DNA of 62,464 nucleotides, counting the filler, from Polymyxa betae A26-41 (Eukaryota > Protista > Endomyxa: Phytomyxea): the NCBI GenBank assembly GCA_003693705.1. It is 3 parts of 3 records of this genome, joined end to end, with 100 filler letters (N's around TTAATTAATTAA, not from the genome) between each part and the next. Parts side by side here need not be neighbours in the genome. Positions count along the whole stretch, not along the records: positions 31,983 to 56,956 come from RBZT01000704.1; positions 57,057 to 62,464 come from RBZT01000786.1; 1 more part is not named here. The stretch is one strand, 5' to 3'. The translations under genes were made by a program, and so were the position numbers. Below, piece after piece: positions 51,361 to 62,464 of the stretch (the first letter of the stretch is position 1; each line of letters begins with the position of its first letter). Under the pieces are notes generated by a model, which saw nothing but the letters and a program-made list of their open reading frames with translations, ran no database searches and was not told the DNA's origin.

Positions 51361-54179
51361 ACAACAAAGTCAATCTCTTAGACTGAGATCTGTCTTGACC
51401 ATGAATAGGCAATTAGGTTTGTGAGCTCTCAGCAAATATGCAGATCGAATCGTACTGGTTTCCACGTCCGGAAATTCTTTGGGAATTTCCCGAATTGATC
51501 GGTCGTAAGACTTTCAACAAAAAATTGCAGAGTTGCAAGCATCGTCCGATTTAGTGCAATGACCATGGTTTCCCAATCCGAACTTTTTTCTTCAATATCG
51601 AATCAGGATTCCTTGGAAACGAGTTAGCAATAGGTGCTGGAAGATTTCGGATTGAGTGCTCGTCAACATCCACTTATCAATCCTCACGAGCATAGAAATC
51701 CCAAATCTTGAAGGTTTCTCACCGCTTAGATCGTAATGATTCTGGATCTCCATTACAATGTGATCGGAAATATTCCCAAACTGGATGAATGCTGTTAGTA
51801 GTACGAAGAACACAAACCTAATATACGGCAAGGATGCAATTGCACTTAGAGATGACCTCTGCAGGAATTCGAAGCGATTCGAAAGAGCTGTCTGGCATCA
51901 GCAAGCAGCTGCTGATGCATCTTGGACGGATTCAATGAATTGGTTCTATTGCTGTAATTATAAAAATAAATAATTCAATATGAAAAAGCCACACTACAGG
52001 ATCACCCTCAGGAAGATGGTCGCTGAAGCGGACCTGTACAAACCGTGGGCCAGTACGGCCTACGGCGCGTCCGTTCCATCTACCAAAAGTCGTTTGAGGG
52101 ATGTTCGAACTTGGTGAACTCGACGCTGAGAGGCAATAACGTCAATAGCGCTGAGTCTTATCGGATCAAGAACCATGTTAGGTATCAACATGAGATGCGA
52201 ATTCGAGTACGACCTAGCTGTAGGGTTTCACGGATTGCTTCAGGGTTGGCGTGTATATAGACTTTCGAACCCAACACACTGCTATGGAAAGGAAACTCGA
52301 CAGCTTGGTAATGTAAACTGCGTGTGGGTCATACTGTCCCAGTAAGTCTACGGCGACGAGTGACATCTGCGATGCGATATCCAGCTAGCGAGGTCACCAT
52401 ACAGGAATGATAATAGAAGCACGAACAGAGCAGAGACATACAGCGTCGTAGATCGCAAGAGAGATTTATACAGACTAAAAAACGCGATTGAAGAGCTCGA
52501 CCCAGAATCGATAAAAAGGGCAAAACTCGATCAGAGATTGTACAGAGACGAAAATGATGTATAATGAACTTACCTCATATTAAGCAGGCACTTGATATGC
52601 AAAATGAAGCCCGTAAGGCTATACGACAAAGACGAAAGGAGACAGGATACGGAAGAACCCTAACCAAACAGTGTGCTAAGAATTTCTTAAAAAAGAATGA
52701 AGAGGCAACTTGTGAATGCAATTTTGATTATGCTTGTCAAGGTCTGTTAGGAGTTGAGCTTTATCAAGTAATCAAACGAGAACGGTCAAGTCGATGAAAT
52801 TACGAGAAGATCAAACTCGAGGAAGATCTTCCACGAATAAGAGAGCGATGAGAGCCTGAAACGAGCCTCAATTATAAGGAAAGGGAGCTGCAGCACGCTA
52901 CAACAATATAACCGTAAATCTTTAAAGGACAAGGTGGAGAATCCAGCAGGATTATAAAAAGAATCTGTCTGAAGTTCCAATAAAATTCTCTGCTTCAACA
53001 GGATATCAACAGTTTTGTCATTCAGAGAGGCGAATTCCTTGAACCTTTAAAACAGCCAAAATCATCTCACGGCCTAATTGTCCTATTAGAGCTTGTCGAA
53101 GGCCGTAGAATTCATGATTCCGATTCGAATTCGGAAGGAGGTCGAATCGAGATTACGAGAGAATGTCGCAGACCGGGTGTGTTTGAGCAGCAAAGGCGAT
53201 AATCAGACTAATAGAGCGAATAGTGCTGAAGCTGTCAATAGACAGCAGCTTTGAACGAGACTTTTTGATTTAACAATTCCGGGTTACCAAGCAAACTCTA
53301 CAAATGATGGAGCCTGACATCATATCTGTCATTTAATGCTGATTTATGGATGAAAAACAGAGAAGTGGCTCTCACTTTTAGAGATCATAGCACAGGAATA
53401 GTTAAAGAGAAATACAAAATCGGATGTATTGCTGTGAATGATGTTGGTTCACGATATTCCATTCAGACCTCAATACGCCGATCTTTATGCAGACGATACG
53501 ATGAAATGGGGCGATTGCTTCGACAAACCAGAAGTGAGGGCTCTGCGAACAAATCAACCCGAAATCATGAGAAAATGAGTCTGTGAAAACAAGATTCACA
53601 TGAATGCGCTTAACACACAACGTACTTTTCAATTAACGAATGCTGAGATCAGGTTTCGGATGATGACCGTGGTAGCAACAAATACCATAATGTAAATGAA
53701 GCTGCAATCGAGCTCATGGTATTGATAGAAAAGTTTCTTTTTAATTGAATCATTTTGATAGGTAACGCTAACACCAAGAAGGCGGCTGTCTAAAATCATA
53801 TTATTGTAGCCTCTGCAGCTAAGCAGAACACGAGACGATGGCACATTGTCAGCATAATCGAGAAGATCGAGTAAATGAGAGAAAGTTTTGTGATAGGGTC
53901 TGCAGAGGGTCGAAAACCTCCAACTAATCGGCTGTATGATCATTAAACTAGCGGGATCTGGCCGTGACCTTTTGGCAGGTTTGGGAACCCTAAAACCCTA
54001 AACCCTAACATGATAATCAAAATCTGCTGTGATCTTGACTGATATGGTCTGCCATATCTCCATCATTAAATAGAAGCGAATTCTCGAAAATGAAAAATTG
54101 GAAAGAAGGCGTGGTCGGCAACATTCCCAGCCTCGGCTCCGTGATCAGCAATCAGAAAGGCCGCAGCTCCGCTCACGAC

Positions 54180-54500
54180 CAAGCAATCGCATCCACGATC
54201 TGTGAAAAGGAACTCCGTCCGGTTTACGTGACTGAATGGCGGATATCTACAAGATCTCGGAATACAGGCCCATCGATTCCTCCACTCCGTCAGCACCACC
54301 TTCGCACCGGTCTCCGAACCACTACCAACCACAGTCGGTCGTACCCGGCCCAAGATGGTGGCGCGACCTGCCTGTCCAACGGATCCATAAGCAGCTGCCG
54401 AACGAGACCATCGGATTGGATTCGCTGAAACAAATCCGAGCATTAGACTCGCCGGGCCCGAACAAGTCCGGAAAACGGTTGTCGCATTTACTATGACCAG
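54180..54500 (-). pseudogene. Heavily decayed N-terminal fragment of the F-box-like/ankyrin family
   Basis: 54238-54350 aligns at DNA level with 56528-56640 (TACAAGATCTCGGAATACAGGC...ACTCCGTCAGCAC...TCGGTCGTAC). Confidence 0.6.
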
Positions 54501-54636
54501 TAACATAGATGAACTGAGATCCCAGTGCATGATGCAGTAACATCAATGGCCTGATAAACCCTACACAAAGTGAGAGAAATCGGAAGGAGAATACTTCAAC
54601 AGATATGAAGATGAGCTCTATAATCTGGAGCGGGAA

Positions 54637-56956
54637 TCAGTCCGCAAAACAGTTAAAAAAGCCGAAACAAGACGTTCGCGTCATTTGAAACGTGAAGTAG
54701 TCCCAGGCTCCGAACAGCATTCGAGCACAGTCATGCAATAATTCCGGGCACAGAACGGCAGTTCTTTGAACAACGCGAATTTTGAACTTCATATCCGGAA
54801 AGATCGCATCAAGAGTGTCGCTGTGTTGGTAACGTTTCTGCGATGACCGGAGTAAGAGCAGAAACGTGACGAATCGGATATGAACAGGATCGTTGGTGTT
54901 ACAAAGCAGGTCCGTGACGTCCAGGAGCGACAGGACATTGAAAAATCCGCAGATGAAGGTCTCGGACATAACCGCACTGAACCAGTGAAGACGTTTCGGG
55001 TCCCGCAGCGACCACGGCCTTCTGTAAGTCCTTGATGAAATCTGCGGCGTTACGTCGGATTTGAGCGATGAAATTGTTATCATAGAACAGCCGCGTATCG
55101 CTGCCGCATTTCGTCATATAGAAGAACATCGCCCTACGACCACGATCATCTCGAACGAAAAATCGAATCTGCGGAACCCGCAGCAGTATCAGAAACACCG
55201 TAGAATTGTCACGTGAGAGCGCCGTCTGTAGCAATGTCTGTGGACGAGGAAAGCGCGTGGACTGGATCCCAAGTCCGGGAGATTGATAATTTCGGACATG
55301 AACGGCAGCGGGAGCAGCCTCCTTAACAGATCGAGACGGGAGACGAAAAGCGACGTCAGACCGAGACGATCGCTCGGGCGTCCGAGAGCAGCAATGCCGC
55401 CAAGGCCGGATTCTGTAAGACAGCGACGAATTTGTCGTCGTCAAAACAGCCTTTGAGCCTCATCAACGGGGTCCTGCCCCTTCAGTCTCGGACGAGCGGG
55501 TCGATTCCGGGCACGGACAGAAGACGCGTAACGGTATCGACTGGGGCGTACGCGAACGCGATATGCAGTAGAGTAGCGCCGTCTTCATTCTGGTAGTTGA
55601 TATTCGCGGATAGAAACGACAGGCGCAGAATCTGCTCGAGCCGTTCGTTGCTTAACATTGGAAGTAAAAAAAGTTGATGGACATAAAGTGCGCGGGCTGC
55701 GCTTCAATCGTCACGCACTAAATGCAGGAATTCGAAAAACTGCGCCGTTGAAGGATTGAAACCATTTAGTGCGCCGTCACCATCACGGTTCCTGTGCATG
55801 ATATCGATCTGCGGGAGTGATAACAGAAACGCAACAATATCCATTCGATCAGAGTGGAAGGCCGCGCTCAGTAACGGACGTTTCAGCTCGCCTTCCACAG
55901 TGATGATTTCTGCGAAGAAAGGCTGCTCGGCCAACAAGCGCACAATTTCGAGATCCATCTTTGGAAACGCTTTGCAGAGACAGTCGACAAAAACGTCCGG
56001 GTTCTGACGGACCCGACTGATGTATCCCGGACTCAGTAGCAGGGCCCGAAACGTGTCCGCCGATCCGAAATACGCGAACTGCTGGGCTTGGCGCCGATGA
56101 TGCCGTACGAGCGGATAGATCAACGACACCTGATCCGGGCCAAGCTGATCCGGGTCACACACCGATTCCATACGCAGCCCGTAACGCAACAGGGCCGGCA
56201 TGTCGCCTGCTGTCAAGGGCGGATGCTCCCGGGCCTGCCACAGCAGTGTAACAGCAAGGAGGCGGGTGATTGCAGAATTAAATGGGAAGATTCGATAGAA
56301 AGGAGGCGGATAACGAGCTCGGACTTCGGAAATCAGATCGAGATCGTTTTGCGCATTTCCAATAAAGGAAGGACGTTTAGACATCCAATTTTCAAGGTCA
56401 TGATCGTAGCCCGCAGCAATCGTCTCCACGATTTTCACAATGTGAGGTGAAATGCCGTCCGGAGTTCGAGGTAGATGCAAGTCCGGCATCTGACTAATCT
56501 ACTGATGTGGCTGAGTGTCGATTTCCACGGCAGATACAAGATCTCGGAATACAGGCACGGCGTTCACTAACTCCGTCAGCACTTCCACCTTCACATCCGT
56601 CTCCAGATCACTATCAACGAATCGGTCGTACAGGCCCAGGGCATGCTGGGCGGAGATTGCGTCACGTGAAGACTGTAGTCCTGTCCTTGACGATGTCTCG
56701 TGTAGGAACTGGCGGACACGCTGCGGAATCTCGGAGCTGGGTGCCCACGGATCCAGCAGCCGCTGCAGGAGGCGACATCGAGGTTTCACTTCAGCCCAGA
56801 TACAGCGAGAGGCGCCTATCAGCTGCGGTAATGTTATCGTGTCTGTCTTGGAAAGGACCAGTTCAAGAAGGTCGGATGGCAGAGCTTCCAGTTCAAGAAT
56901 ATCGGATGGCTGGGCCTCCAGTCCAAGAATGTAGGATGGCTGGGCCTCCAGTTCAA
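54637..56956 (-). pseudogene. F-box + multi-ankyrin family member with in-frame stops and frameshifts (5' end lost at contig edge)
   Basis: LEALPSDLLELVLSKTDTITLPQLIGASRCIW (56891-56790), RLLDP, then ankyrins RPLLSAAFHSDRMDIVAFLL, GATLLHIAFAYAPVDTVTRLL, TLLQTALSRDNSTVFLILL. Stops at 56499, 55704 and 55482 are in one frame. Confidence 0.8.
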
Positions 56957-57056
56957 NNNNNNNNNNNNNNNNNNNNNNNNNNNNNNNNNNNNNNNNNNNN
57001 TTAATTAATTAANNNNNNNNNNNNNNNNNNNNNNNNNNNNNNNNNNNNNNNNNNNN
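56957..57056. other. Artificial scaffold spacer
   Basis: N44-TTAATTAATTAA-N44. Confidence 0.95.
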
Positions 57057-57095
57057 TCCCGTATGAGAGCAGCATAATCTCGTCCTCGTGAGGGT

Positions 57096-58450
57096 CGCGT
57101 TTATAGATAGGAGGGAGCGTGTACCGTCTGGGGCGGTATTCGAAGGGGATCGGGTTTGGAGCCAGCAGAGGCGCGTACTCTGATCGACGACGAACCAGTT
57201 TCAGGGGGCATCGATACTCGATGTCTTGGATGCAGAAAGTTGCTGACGAGCTTCTGGAAAGCGAAGACCTGAATACGACTCACATTGACGAGATGACCAA
57301 ACATTTAGTCACAAACAGAGATGGAAAAATATCTGGATCTTCTGCATTCTGCGGCAAGTCGTTCCAGCCGCCGGCGGCTGGGAGGCCACGCAGCCTGATT
57401 GAGGGAGGCTGGAGCAGCCTTCTAGCCTCCCACAATAAGAGCGTGTATCGGCAACGTTTCTGTAATTGATATTTAAAACTGTATTTTTAGACGGCAGAGT
57501 GATTCTAAGATGTTTTTTTTTTCGATTGCCGTCCATGATGCAGCCCGGTCTCTGTCTGACTATGATCACGAAAACTTGTCGATGATAGACGAGGACGACC
57601 ATTTTGGAAATAATGATTTGAAAGCTTTGCCTGGGTCTTGTAAATCTGTACAAAACAATTCGCCACCATGCTCCGGATCAGAAGAGTGAGATGACGAAAT
57701 CACCGAGGCCATCAAACCCCAGGAACTTTCCACGTTCGATTCAGGTGAAGTTCTGCCCTTTGACAAATCTCATCCTACCTTCGAAATAAAGATGCTCGAA
57801 GTGGCGAAACGGACATGCTGTGACCAAAGTGTTTGGGTTGCCAGAAACACTAAGAATTTTTCAAAAGTATAGTTCAGTAATCGATTACAATCCAATGATC
57901 AGAAGAGGCTATTTCTATTGTACGTTCGGATTGCCGTAGAAATCCTAAATCCTCTGTATCATCCGCAGATACCAGATCCGCGAATTTTGCGATTTTGTGG
58001 TCATCGATGGCATTAAATGGATGCAATCCATACAGAATGACATGTACTGTCAATACCCTTATCAAATCGTTAGGCATATCCGTTATCGGCAGTTACTCGC
58101 ACGTCACAGCAATGAGATCTTTGACACATAAGCTCTCAGCTCTTAGGGAATGCAAGACTTACCGTTTTCATGGTCTCGTTTCTACAAACAATCATCGCTC
58201 TGGAGCAAAGTGTCCATTTTATAGATCATGATAACAGATTTAAAATTGGTGGGCAGGCGAAAGGCGATGGCAAGAAATATGAGGTTAGGAGGCTAGGAGG
58301 CTGCTCCAGCCTCCTTCAATCAGTCACAGACTATGAAGAGTCGGCCAGAGGCTGCGTGGCCTCTCAGCCGCCGGCGGCTGGAACGACTTCCCGTGCATTC
58401 TGTCTTTGTTGATTACAGAACTATCCTTGACACCATCCTGATAGCAGAAA
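57096..58450 (+). repeat. Dispersed repeat (at least 300 bp) split by a MULE insertion; uninterrupted inverted copy at 62160-62464
   Basis: 57096-57351 plus 58403-58450 match the reverse complement of 62160-62464 closely. Confidence 0.9.
57352..58393. mobile_element. MULE/Mutator-like element with long TIRs
   Basis: 9-bp TSD TGCATTCTG. TIR of about 80 bp CGG(C/G)AAGTCGTTCCAGCCGCCGGCGGCTG...GGAGGCTGGAGCAGCC. Empty site visible at about 62205-62220. Confidence 0.92.
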
Positions 58451-58537
58451 AAACAACGAAATCGATATTGATCAAGGGAAGTGTCGCTGAAGATGAAATT
58501 GGTTATCTGCGTGCAGAACAAAGCAAAAAAATCCAAA

Positions 58538-58609
58538 TGCCGATAGCAGGGATCGAACCTGCGACCTACCGCTTACGAAGCGGGTGCACTACCACTGTGC
58601 TATAGCGGC
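58538..58609 (-). tRNA. tRNA-Thr (CGT)
   Basis: GCCGCTATAGCACAGTGGTAGTGCACCCGCTTCGTAAGCGGTAGGTCGCAGGTTCGATCCCTGCTATCGGCA folds as a cloverleaf. T-tract downstream. Confidence 0.95.
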
Positions 58610-59093
58610 AATTGTAGGTATTGACATCATCTGTGTTGAGCTAAGTACTGGGCAGGGTAACTGCGTCGATCGTTATGCTGATTTTCCTGTCAATTGTCGC
58701 TGGCATTAATTTCCACAGCTTGAGATCGTCGAATTCTTTGGCTCGTGATCTAATCTGTGTCTTCGAACCACATTGGGGCATGATGAATGAACTTCTATAT
58801 ACAACATGCAATGTAAAGCCAGAAATGCTGGATGATCTTTGACCAGAGTCCATCAATCTGATGTCTATCTTAAGAATTCAGAATTCACCCGATCTATGCC
58901 TTTTGTTTTGGAAAAGTTCAAAAGAATTTCATTTGGTACCGTATATAGGACAGATCTTTTCTGATTTTCAACGACTTGCCCTTAAGCCTTAAGGCAACTT
59001 ACGCACTAATCTGCCAATGAATGCATCTTCATACAACGCACCTTTTCGGAGTGCACTCCGATATTCAACCGGATTTAAGAGTTCATTGTGGTC

Positions 59094-59366
59094 ATGGAGA
59101 CGCCTCTTCTCATCAAGGGCGATCGTCGTGATGCGCTGAATCCCTGGACCCTGGTTATCGTCGATATGGTCTCTATCGGATGCCTGTATGTCACCTCTTT
59201 CATCCTGCTGATGACCAAGCTATGGTGGGTCCCGTGGTTTGTCTCTGTCCTTGCCCTTACTGCCGCTTTTCTCTTCTTTCGAGGATTGTTCGAGCTGCTT
59301 GAATATCTCATACAGCTTCACTCTCGCAAGTCCCGCTTCTACAATACTTCCTACCGAGCCGCCTAA
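59094..59366 (+). CDS. Small two-TM membrane protein, 90 aa
   Basis: Two hydrophobic segments (LVIVDMVSIGCLYVTSFILLM; WWVPWFVSVLALTAAFLFF) with a basic tail. Confidence 0.45.
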   Translation: METPLLIKGDRRDALNPWTLVIVDMVSIGCLYVTSFILLMTKLWWVPWFVSVLALTAAFLFFRGLFELLEYLIQLHSRKSRFYNTSYRAA

Positions 59367-59622
59367 TTACAAACCATCGCCGAATGCTCAAAGTCAAGGC
59401 TCTTATCTCAACGCTAGCTAAATCGAAATTCTTCAATTGTCTCGAATTGCGAATACAGTTTTGTTTGACTATTATCTCTCCTTCCTATAAACTCAAATTG
59501 TGTTCCAGAGTTGACTGTTGATCTAAACGATGCTGAAAGTCATTAATAAAAACTTTTGGAGATGAATTTGTATCACAAGCTGAAAGCATTGTTAGGCTAT
59601 GAATCCTGTCTATTCCCATTAG

Positions 59623-61539
59623 TTAGTCCTCCGATATTCTCTTACGCTTCGAAGGTGTGTCATTCCCATCATTGCCCATATTCTCTTCGTGCCTTCGAAC
59701 TTCACTACGACGTCTTTGCGTTTGAATCTCGGTCCCATCCGTGCCCATTTCAACAGTCAGACTCCCATTGCTGCTATCAATCATCGCCACCCGCATCGTC
59801 CGCTCTTCGTCTGGCGCCGAAGTTCCAACGGATGCCGCCACGTTCATAGACCCATTTGTAGCATTTTCGTTGCTCGGACAATGAGCCGGTGGAGAGCCGA
59901 ACGCAGGGATGGGTACGACCGGGGACTGTAACTGCGACAGAGCTCGCTCGAGCTGCTCTGCTGATGGAAGCTGTCGCCATTGAGCCTCACCGCTGCTCGA
60001 GGACGCTCCCTGCGAGATCGAACCATCGTTGTCCTGCTGCTTGACGTCCAGCTCCGTAGGAGATGCGGACAGCTCCAGTTCAGCTGTCAATCATATTATA
60101 TGCGGACCATGTCTTCAAACTGTGAAACCCTAAACTCTAACCCCTGAAAAACCGTATTACCAAATTTTGTCAGTGTCATGGGGATGCCTTCATTATTAGT
60201 TCCGGAGATCTGCGTGTTAGGAGTCTCAATTTCCACAGATTTACTGTCATCTGTAACCGAGACAAAATTGCTGTTACCATACCGAAGTTTCCGCCCTGTT
60301 TATGTTACCATTGACATGACAACAGCTGCCGCTGCCACACGTGCACATGGTCTCATTCGAATCCGCCGAACGATCCCTGCCTAACGATTCATCGCCACGA
60401 TAACCCGATGACCTCTCTTCTCTGGAATCTGGAGATCTGTCTATGAAACTTCAATCCAGGCTGGAGCCAGAATAGCCGAATTACCATTCATAGAACTGTG
60501 GTCCGATTCTGTATCTGTTCGCTCTGAAGGTGTTCGTAATGCATAATACAGCGGCGTGTACCGGCCCGAATCTTCACCGAAATGATGGGTAACAGCAGCG
60601 AGCTCGAGATCGCTGTTCGGGAATGCGAAGAGATAGGCGGACAGTTGGGCAGCCGTGGGCCCGGCTCGATCCGGAGACGTCGTTCGCTGCGGACGCCATT
60701 CCGGCAGATGGTTGCTGTCGCCGACTGGAGCTGCCACAAGCTCCGGCGGGTATCGTCGTGATTCTTCATACGCTCGCATATCCAGCTTGATAGGAAAATA
60801 TTCGTTATTGCTCACTACAGAAAAATTAGTCGTTTTGTGAAAAAAGCGAATTTTAAACGCTGAAATATATCGAGAAATGAGAATTTTTTACGCATAAAAT
60901 CACCAATAGCCAATATGAAGCATCCTGCTAATGAATTGTAATGTTACCTTCGGATAGAGTTTGTACCCATCGCTCTATGAATGTATCCGGCAGATTTGAT
61001 AGCGGATGGACCATCTCATAATGGCCTTCGAATTGGCCACGATCACGATAACAGACACCGCATAGATCGCAGCGGTATCCGATCTCGATACGGACTCCGA
61101 CGACGGGCCGGACTAGCAGCCCCCAGGCGTTTCGGAGCCAGTACAGATCCGGGGGTCCGAACCCGTCCAAGGCGCCCAGATCCTCGTCCGGAACCCGAAC
61201 TCCGTGATACAGCGACGAATGCGTACGGAGCGCTTCGGGCTCCGCGCGAACGCACCGCTCACAAATGCGGCATATGAGAATGTTATAGTGGCGGTTGCGC
61301 TGATATCCGAGCCGGATCAAGTCCGGAGAAAAGTCCGCATCAATGTCCGGATGATCGATGACGGGAAGGAAGTCGCCGGCCTCGTCCGGGTTGCGCCAAA
61401 TCAGGACCAAGTCCGACGCGGGCGGCGCCTCGTCGAACTCGTCCAGCCAGTCCGTGGCGGGTCGCGCGACGGGGACCAGGTCCGGGAACAGCTCCTGGAG
61501 CGGAGGCAGCGGCAGCGGCGACAGCGGTGGTCGCGTCAT
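59623..61539 (-). CDS. OrsD/DUF3505-like double C2H2 zinc-finger protein with disordered C-terminus and NLS, multi-exon
   Basis: YNILICRICERCV...LRTHSSLYH, PVVGVRIEIGYRCDLCGVCY...HYEMVH, WVQTL then YFPI across intron 60815-60947. Ends PSKRKRISED. Linkage of the 3' exons is inferred. Confidence 0.7.
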
Positions 61540-62159
61540 GAGACGATGATGATGAAGAAGATCTCTGAGACATGATGTCAACGAGGAGAATCATATCTGA
61601 AAGAGCGCGGCTGTAGACAGTCTCGTCACACATTTGTTAGGAGATTCTCATCTGTGCTTCGTCCGAGGCATAGCTTTTTGACAAAAATTGAAATTATGAT
61701 GATATATTTCGACTGTTGGAAATGGAACTCGATCGTGTGATTGAACAGCTGGTTGCTCTCTGCTTACACAGGTGATCGCTCGAAAAACGATCAGAAAGTT
61801 TGAATCAAGTTTACGGACATTTTTCAGATACAAAAAGATGGACAGTTTTGAGATTTGAAATGGATGCCAAGGAAGAGAATTTCCAATTCCAATTTGCCAT
61901 TTTCAGAATCGTTGCAACCTTGGTCTATGATTAGTACCATAATGAAATTACTACTTAAACTGGCCTCAGTCTGCATACATGTTGAGGCAAGATCTCTGAG
62001 ATCTCCATTCAGGTCATGAAGGTCAAAGAACAAAAAAACAATCAAATCATTAAGGTGTCAAGAAATATGCCTTGGAAAGATGAGCAGAAGCGCCGTGACA
62101 ATGAAACCTAAGAAGAGCCGAAAACAGTATAAGAAGGAATGGCGATTAGAATGTGTTTG

Positions 62160-62464
62160 TTTCTGCTATCAGGATGGTGTCAAGGATAGTTCTGTAATCA
62201 ACAAAGACAGATGCAGAAGATCCAGATATTTTTCCATCTCTCTGTTTGTGACTAAATGTTTTGTCATCTCGTCAATGTGAATCGCATTCAGGTCTTTCGC
62301 TTTCCTGAAGCTCGTCAGCAATTCTCTGCATCCAAGACATCGAGTATCGATGCCCCTGAAACTGGTTCGTCGTCGATCAGAGTACGCGCCTCTGCTGGCT
62401 CCAAACCCGATCCCCTTCGAATACCGCCCCAGACGGTACACGCTCCCTCCTATCTATAAACGCG
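62160..62464 (-). repeat. Uninterrupted copy of the 57096-58450 repeat
   Basis: Reverse complement match, with a single TGCAT-CTG at the insertion site. Confidence 0.9.

Noticed and set aside
51600-53600. Scattered plus-strand ORFs as one gene or TE
   Set aside because: No identifiable motif or consistent exon chain by eye.
55482-56501. Stop-codon reassignment or readthrough in the ankyrin pseudogene
   Set aside because: TGA, TAA and TAG all terminate intact genes in the window, and frameshifts accompany the stops.

Overview
Eukaryotic, intron-containing DNA (GT-AG introns of about 50 nt), not prokaryotic. Gene content (secreted ankyrin proteins, a 7TM-RGS protein, an intron-rich chromate transporter, scattered TTAGGG-type motifs) suggests a plasmodiophorid or similar biotrophic protist; this is inference, not a database result. 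The window is at least three assembly pieces joined by artificial N-TTAATTAATTAA-N spacers (31883-31982, 56957-57056), so adjacency across those points is not biological. It looks like a gene-sparse effector compartment. It holds eight non-autonomous DNA transposons with readable TIRs and TSDs (2 PIF/Harbinger, 2 hAT, 2 Tc1/mariner, 2 MULE), a LINE RNase H relic, minisatellites, two tRNAs and several lineage-specific secreted or repeat proteins. The main finding is a paralogous family with the architecture signal peptide + F-box-like motif + helical core + C-terminal ankyrin repeats: two intact genes, one frameshifted, one decayed and one fragment. These are candidate secreted F-box/ankyrin effectors that could co-opt the host SCF ubiquitin ligase. 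Other notable items are a 67-bp duplication that copies a whole intron and creates an in-frame 15-nt microexon, a secreted protein built from tandem exon-intron modules, and a membrane protein with about 10 His/Trp-rich 37-aa repeats. All domain calls were made by eye from motifs; no searches were run.
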